From: Tepidisphaera sp. | Lineage (GTDB): Bacteria > Planctomycetota > Phycisphaerae > Phycisphaerales > UBA1924 | Reading direction: 5' to 3' | Assembly: GCA_050916045.1 (NCBI GenBank) | Contig: CP051526.1 | Coordinates: 1,952,001 to 2,016,000, forward strand | Length of the DNA stretch: 64,000 nt | Shown: piece after piece, positions 1-9,921 of the stretch | How positions within the stretch are numbered: the first letter of the stretch is position 1 | Layout: every line of letters begins with the position of its first letter | The notes under the pieces: model-generated | The model's input: only the letters and a program-made list of their open reading frames with translations | Databases searched by the model: none | What the model was told of the DNA's origin: nothing | Position numbers and translations under genes: made by a program

Positions 1-2
1 CG

Positions 3-863
3 TCTACGTCGGCCACCCCCTCGCCGCTGGCGCAGGATCTGCTGGCTGCGGCTCGTGAGCTTGGCGTGATGCCCGCGTACGGGGAAGAGGCGCTGTGGGT
101 GAGGCGGCTTCGGTCGCCCAGGTCCGCTGCCAACGCGGTGTGGTGGACGGAAGTGGTGGCGTGTGTGCAAGGGCTGAGCGAGGACCAGAAGCGCGGGCTT
201 GCCCTCCGGCATCTTGAGCCGATCCGCTGGGCGAAGCTGAACAAGCCGGAATGGCTTTCGATGAACGCGGCGCAGCTGGGTGCGGTGCTGACTCAAAGGC
301 TTGAGGGGCGTCCGATGTATGAGCCGACGGGCAATCGTCCGCTGGGCAAGAACAAGATCTCGGAGAAGCTTGAGGACGCGCTCCCGAAGATGACCTACGC
401 GGACATCGTGAGCGTGCTTGTGGCGGATGAGGCGTTGCAGGCGGCCGGCGTTGCGGACAGTCTGCACACGTACGCCGGGTACGACCAGCGGGACACGAAG
501 ACGGAGTACGGCGGGCTGCTCCAGGCCGTGGGGGCGGAGTCGAGCGGCGGGGCGAGCGGTGGTGGGGGGTTTATCGCGACGCTTTATGCGCCGCGGCCTG
601 GGGATCGGTTCGACGATCGGCGGTTTGTGGCTTCGCAGGACATGATCGACGCTTCGGACCGTGCGCTGGTGCACTGGCACTTCCACGTCGCCGAGCGGAG
701 CAATTCGTCGTACGCGGGGCCGAGCATGGAAGACCTGGACTACGCGACGCGTCAGGGGCGGACGTGCATGGTGCTGACGAGCGTGGACCGCGAGCGGATG
801 AACGCGGATGTGTTCCTGCCGGGGAACCTGATCGTGGATCTGGGCGTGGTGGAGAAGAAGTAG
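3..863 (+). CDS. Hypothetical protein with C-terminal JAB/MPN-like metalloprotease motif (5'-truncated by the window edge)
   Basis: Frame is open from position 3 to TAG at 863. TEYGGLL...HWHFH-x10-PSMEDL resembles the JAMM motif E...HxH...SxxD. Confidence 0.6.
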   Translation, partial: STSATPSPLAQDLLAAARELGVMPAYGEEALWVRRLRSPRSAANAVWWTEVVACVQGLSEDQKRGLALRHLEPIRWAKLNKPEWLSMNAAQLGAVLTQRLEGRPMYEPTGNRPLGKNKISEKLEDALPKMTYADIVSVLVADEALQAAGVADSLHTYAGYDQRDTKTEYGGLLQAVGAESSGGASGGGGFIATLYAPRPGDRFDDRRFVASQDMIDASDRALVHWHFHVAERSNSSYAGPSMEDLDYATRQGRTCMVLTSVDRERMNADVFLPGNLIVDLGVVEKK

Positions 864-878
864 GGTGCGTCGAGCCGG

Positions 879-1994
879 TCAGGCTTCGTCGGACGAGACT
901 GTTTCGGTGATGCGGCCTCCGCGGAGGCCGCCGGCTTGGTAGAGGTCGAACGCGGCGTGGACGGCTTGGGGGCTGGAAGCGGTGCGGACGGCTTCCTTGA
1001 AGGGTTTGACGCTGACGCGCTCGGGCTCCTTGCCGGGCTGGTCGCTGGGGTCGCGGGGGCCGATGATGCCCAGGCGTTTGGCGAACCATGAGACGCGGCG
1101 GTTGATCTGGAAGAGGGCGTAGCGGTCGTCGCGCTGGGCTCGCATGAGCTCGAAGTAGCGGCGCAGGTTCTCGATGATCTCGTGCTCGGTGGGCGTCGCG
1201 GGGATCGTGCCGGTCGTGAGGTACGACCAGGTGTCGCGGAAGATCCACGGGGTGGAGAGGGCGCCGCGGCCGATCATCACGCCGCTGCAGCCGGTCTCGC
1301 GGAGCATGCGCTCGGCGTCGTGCGGCTCGCGAACATCGCCGTTGCCGATGACGGGGATCCGGCCCGCGACGGATTCGACGACGCGGGAGATGCCTTCGAG
1401 GCGGACGGTGCCCTGGAACTTGTCTTCGGTCGTGCGGCCGTGGATGGTGACGGCGGCGACGCCGACATCGGCGAGCATGCGGGCCAGGTGCGGCGAGCAG
1501 GCTTGTCCGGAAAGGTGGTCCGTGGTGGACCAGCAGATCCGCATCTTGCAGGTGAGTGGGACGGGTGCGTAGCCCGCGGCGTGACAGGCTTCGAGGGTTT
1601 TGACGACGCGGGCGGCGATGGCGACAGCGCGGGGCAGGTCGGTCAGGAGCTTGCTGCCGCCGTCCTTTTTGGTGACCTTGTCGACGGGACAGCCCATGTT
1701 GATGTCGACGACGGTGGCTCCGTGTTCGACGGCCCAGCGGGCGCCTTCGGCCATGATGTCCGGGTCGCTGCCGTAAAGCTGCATGCCGACGGGCTTGTCG
1801 TAGCCGTTGGTACGGGCGAGATCGAGGCTTGTGGCGGTTCCGCGGAGGAGCCCCTGAGGGGAAAGCAGATCGGTGCAGGCGAGACCGACACCACCCCATT
1901 CACGGCAGATCGTCCTAAAGGAGAGATCGCAGTATCCGGCGATGGGAGCCAGGAGAAGCTTGGTCGCGAGTTGGACGGGACCGATCTTGAGCAC
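879..1994 (-). CDS. dusB: tRNA-dihydrouridine synthase (DusB-like)
   Basis: LLAPIAGYCD, QLYGSDP, DINMGCPV, TIHGRT, VIGNGDV and MIGRGAL motifs. GTG start at 1994 chosen from the typical MLKIG N-terminus; the ORF extends to 2096. Confidence 0.9.
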   Translation of the reverse strand: MLKIGPVQLATKLLLAPIAGYCDLSFRTICREWGGVGLACTDLLSPQGLLRGTATSLDLARTNGYDKPVGMQLYGSDPDIMAEGARWAVEHGATVVDINMGCPVDKVTKKDGGSKLLTDLPRAVAIAARVVKTLEACHAAGYAPVPLTCKMRICWSTTDHLSGQACSPHLARMLADVGVAAVTIHGRTTEDKFQGTVRLEGISRVVESVAGRIPVIGNGDVREPHDAERMLRETGCSGVMIGRGALSTPWIFRDTWSYLTTGTIPATPTEHEIIENLRRYFELMRAQRDDRYALFQINRRVSWFAKRLGIIGPRDPSDQPGKEPERVSVKPFKEAVRTASSPQAVHAAFDLYQAGGLRGGRITETVSSDEA

Positions 1995-2214
1995 GCTGAA
2001 TTCTAGGAGGCGAGGACGGACGGCCGTCTTCGGGGAGAGCCCGGTGCGGGGACGACGCGGGTCGCCTGCTCGCATGAAGCCTGGATGTAAGAACAATCAT
2101 GCAAGAATGAATGGCATAGATATGAGTTGCAACTGATGTCACCGTGGGCCATAACAGTCGGCTAGAGTGCATGGCGTCGTCGCGTCATCACGGTGCGTGA
2201 GATGGATTGGATTC

Positions 2215-3792
2215 ATGGACCCCGACTTTCGGTTGCTCTTCGAGTCGCTCCCCGGTCACTATCTGGTGATGTCGCCTGGGTTCGTGATCGTGGCCGTGTC
2301 CGACACGTATCTTGCCGCGACCAGAGCCGTGCGTGAAAGCGTTCTCGGAAAGCACATCTTCGAGGCGTTCCCGGACAATCCGGGCGACCCCTCCGCGAGC
2401 GGAAGCCGCAACCTGCGAGCTTCGCTTGAACGCGTCGTCGCGAGCGGAGAGGTCGACTTCATGGCGGTGCAGAAATACGACATCCGGCTTCCGGAGTCCG
2501 AGGGGGGCGGGTTTGAGGAGCGGTTCTGGAAGCCGGCGAACTACCCCGTCAAGGCTCGCGACGGCCGCTTGCTCTACATCGTTCACACTGTGGAAGACGT
2601 GACCGAGTTCGTCCGGCTTCGCGACGAGAATGCGGAACAGTTTCAGGCGCAGAAGCTCGAGAGTATCGGCCGGCTGGCGAGCGGGATCGCCCACGACTTC
2701 AACAACCTTCTGACGGTGATCGTGGCGGAGTGCAGCATGCTGGCCGGGGAACTCCCGCCGGAGGACAACCGGCAGGGGCGTGTGCGTGCCATCGTGGATG
2801 CGGCGAACCGCGCGGCTTCGCTGACGAACCAGCTTCTCGCGTTCGCACGCAAGCAGGTGATGGAGACGCGTCTGGTGGATCTCTCGGATGTGGTGAGGAA
2901 CGCGGTGCCTCTGCTTCGCCGGCTGATCCGCGAGAACATCACGATGCGTGTGGAGGTCAAGCCGGGGTTGGTGATGGCGGACACGGGTCAATTGGACCAG
3001 GTGCTGATGAATCTCGCGATCAACGCGCGGGATGCGATGCCGCAGGGGGGCGAACTGGCGATTGCGATCGCCCATGAGACCGTCGCCAACAATGATCGAC
3101 CGGCCGGACTGGCAACGGGCGACTATGTCGTGCTCGTGGTGCGTGACACCGGAGCGGGGATGCCCGAAGAGGTCCGCCGACGGATCTTCGAGCCGTTCTT
3201 CACGACCAAACACGCCGGCCGCGGCACGGGCTTGGGCCTCGCGACCTGCCACGGTATCGTCGCGCAGTTCGGCGGGGCGATCACGGTGGAGAGCGAGGCG
3301 GGAAAGGGCTCGACCTTCAGGGTGTATCTGCCGATGGCGACGCGGGGCCCGGGTTCGGGCCATCCGTCCGCGGTGGATGCTCCGAGCGGTCCGGCGATGG
3401 ACCCGAAGACGCCGGCGACGGTGCTTTTGGCCGAGGATGAGCCGATGGTGCACGACATCCTTTCGACGATGCTGCGTCGGAGCGGGTACACGGTTCTGGA
3501 AGCCCCCGATGGTGAGCAGGCTCTGGCGGTGGCTGAGCGGCATGGGGCGCCGATCGATGTGCTTGTGTCGGACGCGCTGATGCCCAAGCTTGGCGGGCAC
3601 GAGCTTGCCCGCCGGCTGATGGATCGCAATCCGGACCTGAAGGTCATCTTCGTTTCGGGGTACAACGACGAGTCGTTGATGAACTACGAGCCGTTGCGAA
3701 CCAGCATCTCGATGCTCCCCAAGCCGTTTGCGCCCAGCGCGCTGATCGCGAGGGTCGCGGAGATGCTGCGTCGGCGTCCCGGCGGGCGGTGA
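2215..3792 (+). CDS. PAS-domain hybrid sensor histidine kinase/response regulator (CckA-like)
   Basis: PAS4-like N-terminus, H-box GIAHDFNNLL, NLAINARDAM, DTGAGM, FEPFFTTK, GTGLGL, and a C-terminal receiver domain (AEDE...SD...KP). Confidence 0.92.
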   Translation: MDPDFRLLFESLPGHYLVMSPGFVIVAVSDTYLAATRAVRESVLGKHIFEAFPDNPGDPSASGSRNLRASLERVVASGEVDFMAVQKYDIRLPESEGGGFEERFWKPANYPVKARDGRLLYIVHTVEDVTEFVRLRDENAEQFQAQKLESIGRLASGIAHDFNNLLTVIVAECSMLAGELPPEDNRQGRVRAIVDAANRAASLTNQLLAFARKQVMETRLVDLSDVVRNAVPLLRRLIRENITMRVEVKPGLVMADTGQLDQVLMNLAINARDAMPQGGELAIAIAHETVANNDRPAGLATGDYVVLVVRDTGAGMPEEVRRRIFEPFFTTKHAGRGTGLGLATCHGIVAQFGGAITVESEAGKGSTFRVYLPMATRGPGSGHPSAVDAPSGPAMDPKTPATVLLAEDEPMVHDILSTMLRRSGYTVLEAPDGEQALAVAERHGAPIDVLVSDALMPKLGGHELARRLMDRNPDLKVIFVSGYNDESLMNYEPLRTSISMLPKPFAPSALIARVAEMLRRRPGGR

Positions 3793-3797
3793 GCGGG

Positions 3798-5597
3798 TCA
3801 GACGACGATGGCTTTCTTCACGAGTTCGACGAGTTGCTCGATCTGGAACGGCTTGAAGAGCACGCTTTGCAAGCCTTCCTGGCTGGCCCGGACAATGGAG
3901 TGGTTGGGGTCATAGCCAAATCCGGTCATGAGAATGACGGAGATCCTGGGCATGACCTTTCGGGCGGCGCTGAAGACCTCGTAGCCGTTGGCTTCGGGCA
4001 TCATGATGTCGCTGACGAGGAGGTCGAAGGGGGCGAGTTCGCCGCGGCCGACGGCGGCGACGGAGGCGAGGGCTTCGCCGCCGTGCTCGCAAAGAAAGAC
4101 ATCACAGCCGCGGTTTCGAAGGACATCGCCGATGATGCGGCGGATCTTGCTCTGATCGTCGGCGATGAGGATGCGGCGTCCGGCGAGGAGGGGGTCGACG
4201 GTCTTCTGCTCCATCGCACGCTCGACGCCGAGCAGGGTCGTCGGCCCTTCGGCGGCGTCACGGATGCGTCGGCGAATGGCGTCGACATCGGCGCGGATCT
4301 TGTCGATGTGGGGCTCGAGCTCGGACCCGACGCTCGACCCGGCGGCGGAAGCGATGGCGGCTGCGACGGTGCGGAGCACATCGACCTCGTTGCTGATGTC
4401 CCTGAGGGGCTCGTCGATCTCCTTCTCAAACCGGCCGGCGAGGGCGCGGTTGGTGATCGTGCGTTCGACGACGAGGAGGTCGAGCGTGTGCGTCGCCATC
4501 GCGATGTAACGGGCGAAAATCTCGCAGAGGCGGCGGTCGTCGTCGTTGAAAGCGGCGACCTGCTGGCTTTCGACGTTGATGATGCCGATGACGCGGCCCT
4601 GGTACCGCATGGGGACGGTGAGAGAACTCTTCGCGCCGTGAAGGCCGGGGAGGAAGAGGTCGTCGTTCTGCGCGTCCTTGCAGATGTAGCTTCGGCCGGT
4701 GGCGGCGACCCAACCGGTGATGCCGTTGCCCTCAGCGCGGGGATAGATCTCGAAAGCGTCGTACTCGCCGGGGAGGTTGTGCTTGATGACGAGTTCGAGT
4801 TTGCCGGTCTTCTCGTCGAGCAGGCGGATGGCGAAGTGGTCGAAGTTGAGGAGGTGCTTGGCGGCCTGGACGATGCGTGATTCGAGGGCCTGGAGGCGCT
4901 CGATCATGTTTTTGTCGCGGATCGTGTCGGTGTCGATCTGGACGAGGTCGCTGCCGGCCTGGTCGATCGCGTCGATGCGCTGGCGGAGCCGGGCGGCATC
5001 GGTGACGTCGCGGACGACGACGGCGATGGCGCGGGGCCAGGGGGGGGTGTTCGCGGCGGCGGCGGCTTCGGGTGTGCGAGCGGCGGGGGGCGGGATGATC
5101 GGCCTGGAGTCGACCGGGGAAACCATGACGTCGTAGATCCGGCCACCCGCGCCGGAACCAACGGCTCCGGCGGACTGGAACTCGCTCTTGTAGACCCGGG
5201 CCTGAGGGGGGATCTCATCCCCTGCCCGGAGGAACCGGCGAGCGGCGGCCATGGCGGTAGCACCCTCCTCGCCGATGCGGGTCAGCCGCTCGAGCGTGAC
5301 GGGGTCAAGGCCGTCGAAGAGGTCGTTGGCCCAGATCGACCGTCCCTTGTTGTCCGCCAGGGCGACACCCTCGCCCGTCGCGTTCAGGAGCGTCGCCAGA
5401 GACTCCAGCGGAGCCGACCGAACCGAGGGGGTGAGCCCGCCGATTGCTTCCTGAGAGGGGTCCTCGGGAGAGGGGGGCCGCTCGCCCAGGACCTCGACCT
5501 CGAACGCTCCGTGGAGGGCGGCGCGGACGACATCCACCGAGACGCCGGGTCCGGGCAGGATGATCAGCCGCGGGATGGATTGGTTGGAATCGGCCAT
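3798..5597 (-). CDS. PAS-like/GAF/degenerate HisKA/receiver signalling protein
   Basis: GAF motifs (GITGWVAATG, SSLTVPM, IGIINVES) and a receiver (ILIADD, LLVSDIMMP, MTG, KPF). No HATPase domain. Confidence 0.8.
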   Translation of the reverse strand: MADSNQSIPRLIILPGPGVSVDVVRAALHGAFEVEVLGERPPSPEDPSQEAIGGLTPSVRSAPLESLATLLNATGEGVALADNKGRSIWANDLFDGLDPVTLERLTRIGEEGATAMAAARRFLRAGDEIPPQARVYKSEFQSAGAVGSGAGGRIYDVMVSPVDSRPIIPPPAARTPEAAAAANTPPWPRAIAVVVRDVTDAARLRQRIDAIDQAGSDLVQIDTDTIRDKNMIERLQALESRIVQAAKHLLNFDHFAIRLLDEKTGKLELVIKHNLPGEYDAFEIYPRAEGNGITGWVAATGRSYICKDAQNDDLFLPGLHGAKSSLTVPMRYQGRVIGIINVESQQVAAFNDDDRRLCEIFARYIAMATHTLDLLVVERTITNRALAGRFEKEIDEPLRDISNEVDVLRTVAAAIASAAGSSVGSELEPHIDKIRADVDAIRRRIRDAAEGPTTLLGVERAMEQKTVDPLLAGRRILIADDQSKIRRIIGDVLRNRGCDVFLCEHGGEALASVAAVGRGELAPFDLLVSDIMMPEANGYEVFSAARKVMPRISVILMTGFGYDPNHSIVRASQEGLQSVLFKPFQIEQLVELVKKAIVV

Positions 5598-5710
5598 CGT
5601 GGGATCAGAGCGGTTGGCCGCAAGTGTAGATCACCACCCCGACCGACCGCAGGACGTGCTTTATCGGCACCCCGCGCTCACCGGCTCCAGCCGACCCCAT
5701 ACCCTTGGCC

Positions 5711-6664
5711 ATGCTCGCGGTCCGCAGCGTTACGAAGTCGTTCGGCTCGATCCCCGCGGTGCGCGGGGTCTCCTTCGACATCGCGCCCGGGCAGGTCGTC
5801 GGCCTCCTAGGGCCCAACGGCGCCGGCAAGACCACCACGATCCGGATGATCACCGGCATGTTCCCCCCGGACTCCGGGACGATCTCCGTGGACGGAGCCG
5901 ACACGATCGAGGACTCGATCAAGGCCCGGCGGGCGATCGGGTACCTCCCCGAGTCCGCCCCGGCCTACGCCGAGATGTCCGTCGAGTCGCTGGTGGACTA
6001 CCGGGCGACCCTGTTTGGGATGCCCCGCCGCGAGCGTCGGGAACGCGTGGAGCGGGTCATCGAGCGGTGCTGGCTTTCCGATGTCCGCAAGCGGCGTGTC
6101 GGGCATCTCAGCAAGGGGTACCGGCAGCGTGTGGGCCTTGCGGCGGCCATCGTTCATGAGCCGAAGGTCCTGATCCTGGACGAGCCGTCGAACGGCCTGG
6201 ACCCAACGCAGATCGCGGAGATGAGGCGGCTGATCCGCGAGCTTGGGCGCGACCGGGCCGTGCTGGTCAGTTCGCACATCCTGCCCGAGGTTGAGAAGAC
6301 GTGCGACCGGGCGATCATCGTCATCCGCGGCACGGTGCGGGCGGACGGAACCCCGGAATCACTCACAAGCGACGGCCACGGGTTCAAACTGATGGCTTCG
6401 CACCCCTCGGCGGGGCCGAATGACCTTCGCGAGTTGCTCACGCCGCTTTGCGGGGCGACCGCCAGAGTTGCCGTGGAAAGCAGCGGGGACGGAATCCGAG
6501 CGACCGCCGCGGGCCCGGGGATCGATTCGGGCACGCTTGACGCGATCGGCAAGCAGCTCTTCGCTCGCGGGTGGACGGTGCGGGAACTCACGCCGTCGCG
6601 CCGCACGCTCGAAGCGGTCTTCTTGAGCTTGCTCGAGGACACCTCCGCGGGGAGGGACGCCTGA
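5711..6664 (+). CDS. ABC transporter ATP-binding protein (GldA-like)
   Basis: Walker A GPNGAGKTT, signature LSKGYRQRVG, Walker B LILDEP, and SSH. Confidence 0.92.
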   Translation: MLAVRSVTKSFGSIPAVRGVSFDIAPGQVVGLLGPNGAGKTTTIRMITGMFPPDSGTISVDGADTIEDSIKARRAIGYLPESAPAYAEMSVESLVDYRATLFGMPRRERRERVERVIERCWLSDVRKRRVGHLSKGYRQRVGLAAAIVHEPKVLILDEPSNGLDPTQIAEMRRLIRELGRDRAVLVSSHILPEVEKTCDRAIIVIRGTVRADGTPESLTSDGHGFKLMASHPSAGPNDLRELLTPLCGATARVAVESSGDGIRATAAGPGIDSGTLDAIGKQLFARGWTVRELTPSRRTLEAVFLSLLEDTSAGRDA

Positions 6665-9516
6665 TGGGCGCTGCCTTCGCGGTCGCCCGCCGAGAATGGG
6701 CTTCGTTTTTTCGCGTGCCGCTGGGGTGGCTGACGCTGGCCGTCTTCGCGGTGGTGACGTCGTGGCTTTTCCTCCGAGGCGTGCTGGTGCCGGGCCAGCC
6801 GGCGTCGATGCGGCCGATCTTTTCGACGATGGGCTGGCTGCTTCTGCCGCTTGCACCGGCGATCTCGATGCGTCTGGTGAGCGAGGAGATCCGTTCGGGG
6901 ACGATCGAGCCACTCCAGACGAGCCCGGTGAGCGATTACGCGGTGGTCTTCGGGAAGTTTCTCGGGGCGCTTGGGTTCCTTCTTCTGCTGCTTGCGCCCA
7001 CGCTCGTTCACGCGGGGGTGCTTTGGGCAAGCGTGAACCCTGCTCCGGCCCCGACGCCGGACGTGGGCCCGATCCTGACGGGGTTTGTGAGCTTTGGCCT
7101 GCTCGCGGGGCTGTTCTTGTCGGTGGGGCTTCTGATCTCGACGCTGACGAGCAACCAGACGCTGGCGTTTCTTGGGTCGCTGATGGTCATTCTGGCGATG
7201 ATGGTGGCTCCGGATCTGGCGGTACAGTCGCTGGCGGGGGTCGAGGGGCGCGGGGCGGAACTCGGGGCGACCCTCGCGAAGGGGCTTCGGATCGGCGTGC
7301 GGCTCGAGGACTTCGCCAAGGGCGTGATCGATACGGGGCACATCGCGGCGTTCGTGGCGTGGACGCTTTTCTTCCTGGTCGCGGCTTCGGCGTCGCTGGA
7401 ATCGCGCCGGTGGCGTTCGCTTCGAAGCCTCAAGCGTGCGGTGCGGTTCGGTGGGGTGTCGGTGGTCCTTCTGGTCGCGACGCTGGTCTCGGCGATCCTC
7501 GCGACGACGCTCGCGGATCGGTTTGCGACACGGCTTGACGCGACGCGGACGGGTGAGCACCGCCTGACGGCGCGGACGTCCGAGGTGCTCCGCGATCTGG
7601 GGACGGACACCGAGATCATCATCGCGGCGGACTGGCTTGCGATGGAACGGCGCGTGCGGGAGGATCTGTCGGATGTTCTCGGCCGGTTCGCCCGCGAGTC
7701 GTCGCGTGTGCGGGCGCGACCGGTGGATTTCGCGTCCGCGGCGGGCCGAGCCGAGTATGCCTCCATTCTTCGAGACTCACGCTCACGCGAAGCCGGAGCT
7801 TTCTCGGCCGCGCAATCGGTGATCACGGACGCGCTCAAGACCCTGCCGACCATTCGCCAGGAGGTCACGGGAGTGACGCTTCCATCGGTCGAAGCGGTGC
7901 TCCAGTCGGTTCCGGATGCTTCGGGCTCTCTCGCGACGGCGGTCGCTCGCGTCCGTCAGGCTTGCGAGGGTGTGAATGCCTCGCTCCGTGCGGTCGCCCT
8001 CTCGGAGGAAGCGGCTCCGACGCTGCTTTCGCGTGCGATCGAAGGAGCGGAAGTCCCGGCGATCGACGAAGCGGGTGCGGCACTGCGAGCGGCGCTCGAC
8101 ACCGCGACGCAGCGTGCTCTCACGCTCGAGGGCGAGCTCCGAGCGCTGGCTTCGGCACAGCCGCGGGCCGCGACCAGCATCCGGCCCGTCGCCGACGCCG
8201 TTCGCTCGGGTCGTGAGCGTCTCGACACCGCCGCCGAGCCTCTCCGCCGGCTTCCCACGCTTGACACGCTCACCATCGCTTCGGCGGTGGGGCAGTCTTC
8301 GGCGCTGATCGTGCGTGTCCAAGCGCCGGCCGGCCCCGGGCGTGCCACCGTGAGAGCGATCCCCCTGGACCGCGTGGTTCGCGCGGGCGAGACAGATGTT
8401 CGCCGCCGGGCCGAATCCGAGATCGCGTCCGCGATTGTCGCCGCGACCAATCCGGCTCCGCCGATCGTCGTCTTCGTCTCGGCCGACCCTGCGATCGCTT
8501 CGGGCGTCCGGGTCTACGAGCAAGCTTCCCGCCGCGTCGCTCAGGCCGGCGGCGATGTTGTTTCCTGGGACCTCATCCTCTCCGCCGACCCTCCGAGCCT
8601 GAGCAATCTCAACCCGGACGGAAAGCGTCCCGTCGTCTACGTCATCCGCATGCCCGACCAGACCCAGCCTGCGTTCGGCCAGGTCGCAAGCGGGATCGAC
8701 CGCGCGGCCCGCGTCGCCGAGACCGCCGCGACGCTCCTCGATCAGGGCGCTTCACTTCTGGTTGGCGTGGCACCCGCCGTCCTGCCCAACGCCCGGCAGC
8801 CCGAAGCGGCCGATCGTCTCCTCACGCCGTTCAACCTTCGATCGCGGTCGGACCGAGTGCTGCTGCTCGAAACCCGGTCGGCGAACGGCACCGCGGTCGA
8901 CGTGATGCAAGCCGGGCGGCCCATAGCGGGCTTGGGGCAGGTCCACCCCTTCGCCGACGCGATCGCGGGATCAAGCTTTCTCATCCCTTGGGCAACCGGT
9001 CTGGAAGCCGTCGGTGCCGCTTCGCCGGTGCCGGAGCTTGTGATTGAGACGGGACAGCCGAGATCCTGGCGCGAAGCTCGCTGGATCGATCTCCGCCGTG
9101 CGATGGCGGAGGGGCGCTGGCCCCGCGTCATGCCGCAGTTCGACGCTTCGGAGGACGACCGCCCGGCGTCGCTCGCGGTTGTCGCGGCGGGGGAGCGTCT
9201 CCGCGAGGGCAAGGCTCAGCGTCTCGTGGCGGTCGCTTCGTCGGAATGGCTTGATGATTCGCTGGTCAGCCGGCGGATGAACGTGGATGGCCGCCCGGTG
9301 CCGGCGGCGGGGGGCAACCTCGAGATGTTCGACGCCGCGACGGCCTGGCTTGCGGGTCAGGAATCGCGTTCGCTCGCGGGCGCGGGGTCGCAGGGTGTGC
9401 CGATGGTGGGGCAGCTTTCAAGCGGCCGTCACGCGGGGATCCGTTGGGCCCTGCTTGCCGGGCTTCCCATCGGGATCCTCGCTTTGGGCGTCTTCTGGCG
9501 ATTCTGGCGCGGCTAG
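6664..9516 (+). CDS. ABC-2 permease fused to a GldG-like auxiliary domain (GldF-GldG-like fusion)
   Basis: Multi-TM N-terminus with MRLVSEEIRSGTIEPLQTSPV and DFAKGVID; then RLDATRTGEHRL, GNLEMF..AWL and a C-terminal TM helix. TGATG overlap with the upstream ATPase gene. Confidence 0.8.
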   Translation: MGAAFAVARREWASFFRVPLGWLTLAVFAVVTSWLFLRGVLVPGQPASMRPIFSTMGWLLLPLAPAISMRLVSEEIRSGTIEPLQTSPVSDYAVVFGKFLGALGFLLLLLAPTLVHAGVLWASVNPAPAPTPDVGPILTGFVSFGLLAGLFLSVGLLISTLTSNQTLAFLGSLMVILAMMVAPDLAVQSLAGVEGRGAELGATLAKGLRIGVRLEDFAKGVIDTGHIAAFVAWTLFFLVAASASLESRRWRSLRSLKRAVRFGGVSVVLLVATLVSAILATTLADRFATRLDATRTGEHRLTARTSEVLRDLGTDTEIIIAADWLAMERRVREDLSDVLGRFARESSRVRARPVDFASAAGRAEYASILRDSRSREAGAFSAAQSVITDALKTLPTIRQEVTGVTLPSVEAVLQSVPDASGSLATAVARVRQACEGVNASLRAVALSEEAAPTLLSRAIEGAEVPAIDEAGAALRAALDTATQRALTLEGELRALASAQPRAATSIRPVADAVRSGRERLDTAAEPLRRLPTLDTLTIASAVGQSSALIVRVQAPAGPGRATVRAIPLDRVVRAGETDVRRRAESEIASAIVAATNPAPPIVVFVSADPAIASGVRVYEQASRRVAQAGGDVVSWDLILSADPPSLSNLNPDGKRPVVYVIRMPDQTQPAFGQVASGIDRAARVAETAATLLDQGASLLVGVAPAVLPNARQPEAADRLLTPFNLRSRSDRVLLLETRSANGTAVDVMQAGRPIAGLGQVHPFADAIAGSSFLIPWATGLEAVGAASPVPELVIETGQPRSWREARWIDLRRAMAEGRWPRVMPQFDASEDDRPASLAVVAAGERLREGKAQRLVAVASSEWLDDSLVSRRMNVDGRPVPAAGGNLEMFDAATAWLAGQESRSLAGAGSQGVPMVGQLSSGRHAGIRWALLAGLPIGILALGVFWRFWRG

Positions 9517-9876
9517 GAGCTTGCCGCGCGGCGGCCTCACCGCCGCATCCTCGCGGCCGCATTCCGGACACCGTGCCCCATCGTCGAGCCCTCGCATGTC
9601 GTATGAGCAGGTTCGGCAGGTCATCACCCGCTTGGCCGCCGGGAGCGCGAGGATGTACATCCCTCCCGCCAGCAAAAGCCCGCCATACGGGAAGAGAAGC
9701 ACCGCAACCAGCGGCGACCGACCGCCCCCCGCCGGCGAGAAGGAAAGCGTCAGAATCTCGGCAAGAAGGAACAGGCCCCCGACCCCGAGCAACACGGCGA
9801 CCACGCCTTGGATGGTCCGCCTGTAGCGAAAGGCGGCCCACCAGATCAGCACCGTGTACAGCCCGAAGATGAACAC
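9418..9876 (-). CDS. Small membrane protein with zinc-ribbon motif
   Basis: Three hydrophobic segments followed by CRTCSYDMRGL...CPECG. Start uncertain; the 3' end overlaps the convergent gene. Confidence 0.55.
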   Translation of the reverse strand: MFIFGLYTVLIWWAAFRYRRTIQGVVAVLLGVGGLFLLAEILTLSFSPAGGGRSPLVAVLLFPYGGLLLAGGMYILALPAAKRVMTCRTCSYDMRGLDDGARCPECGREDAAVRPPRGKLLAAPESPEDAQSEDPDGKPGKQGPTDPRVTAA

Positions 9877-9921
9877 AGATTGATGGTAGCGGCCGCGCGA
9901 TGCCCGGGACAAAGCCCGGGG

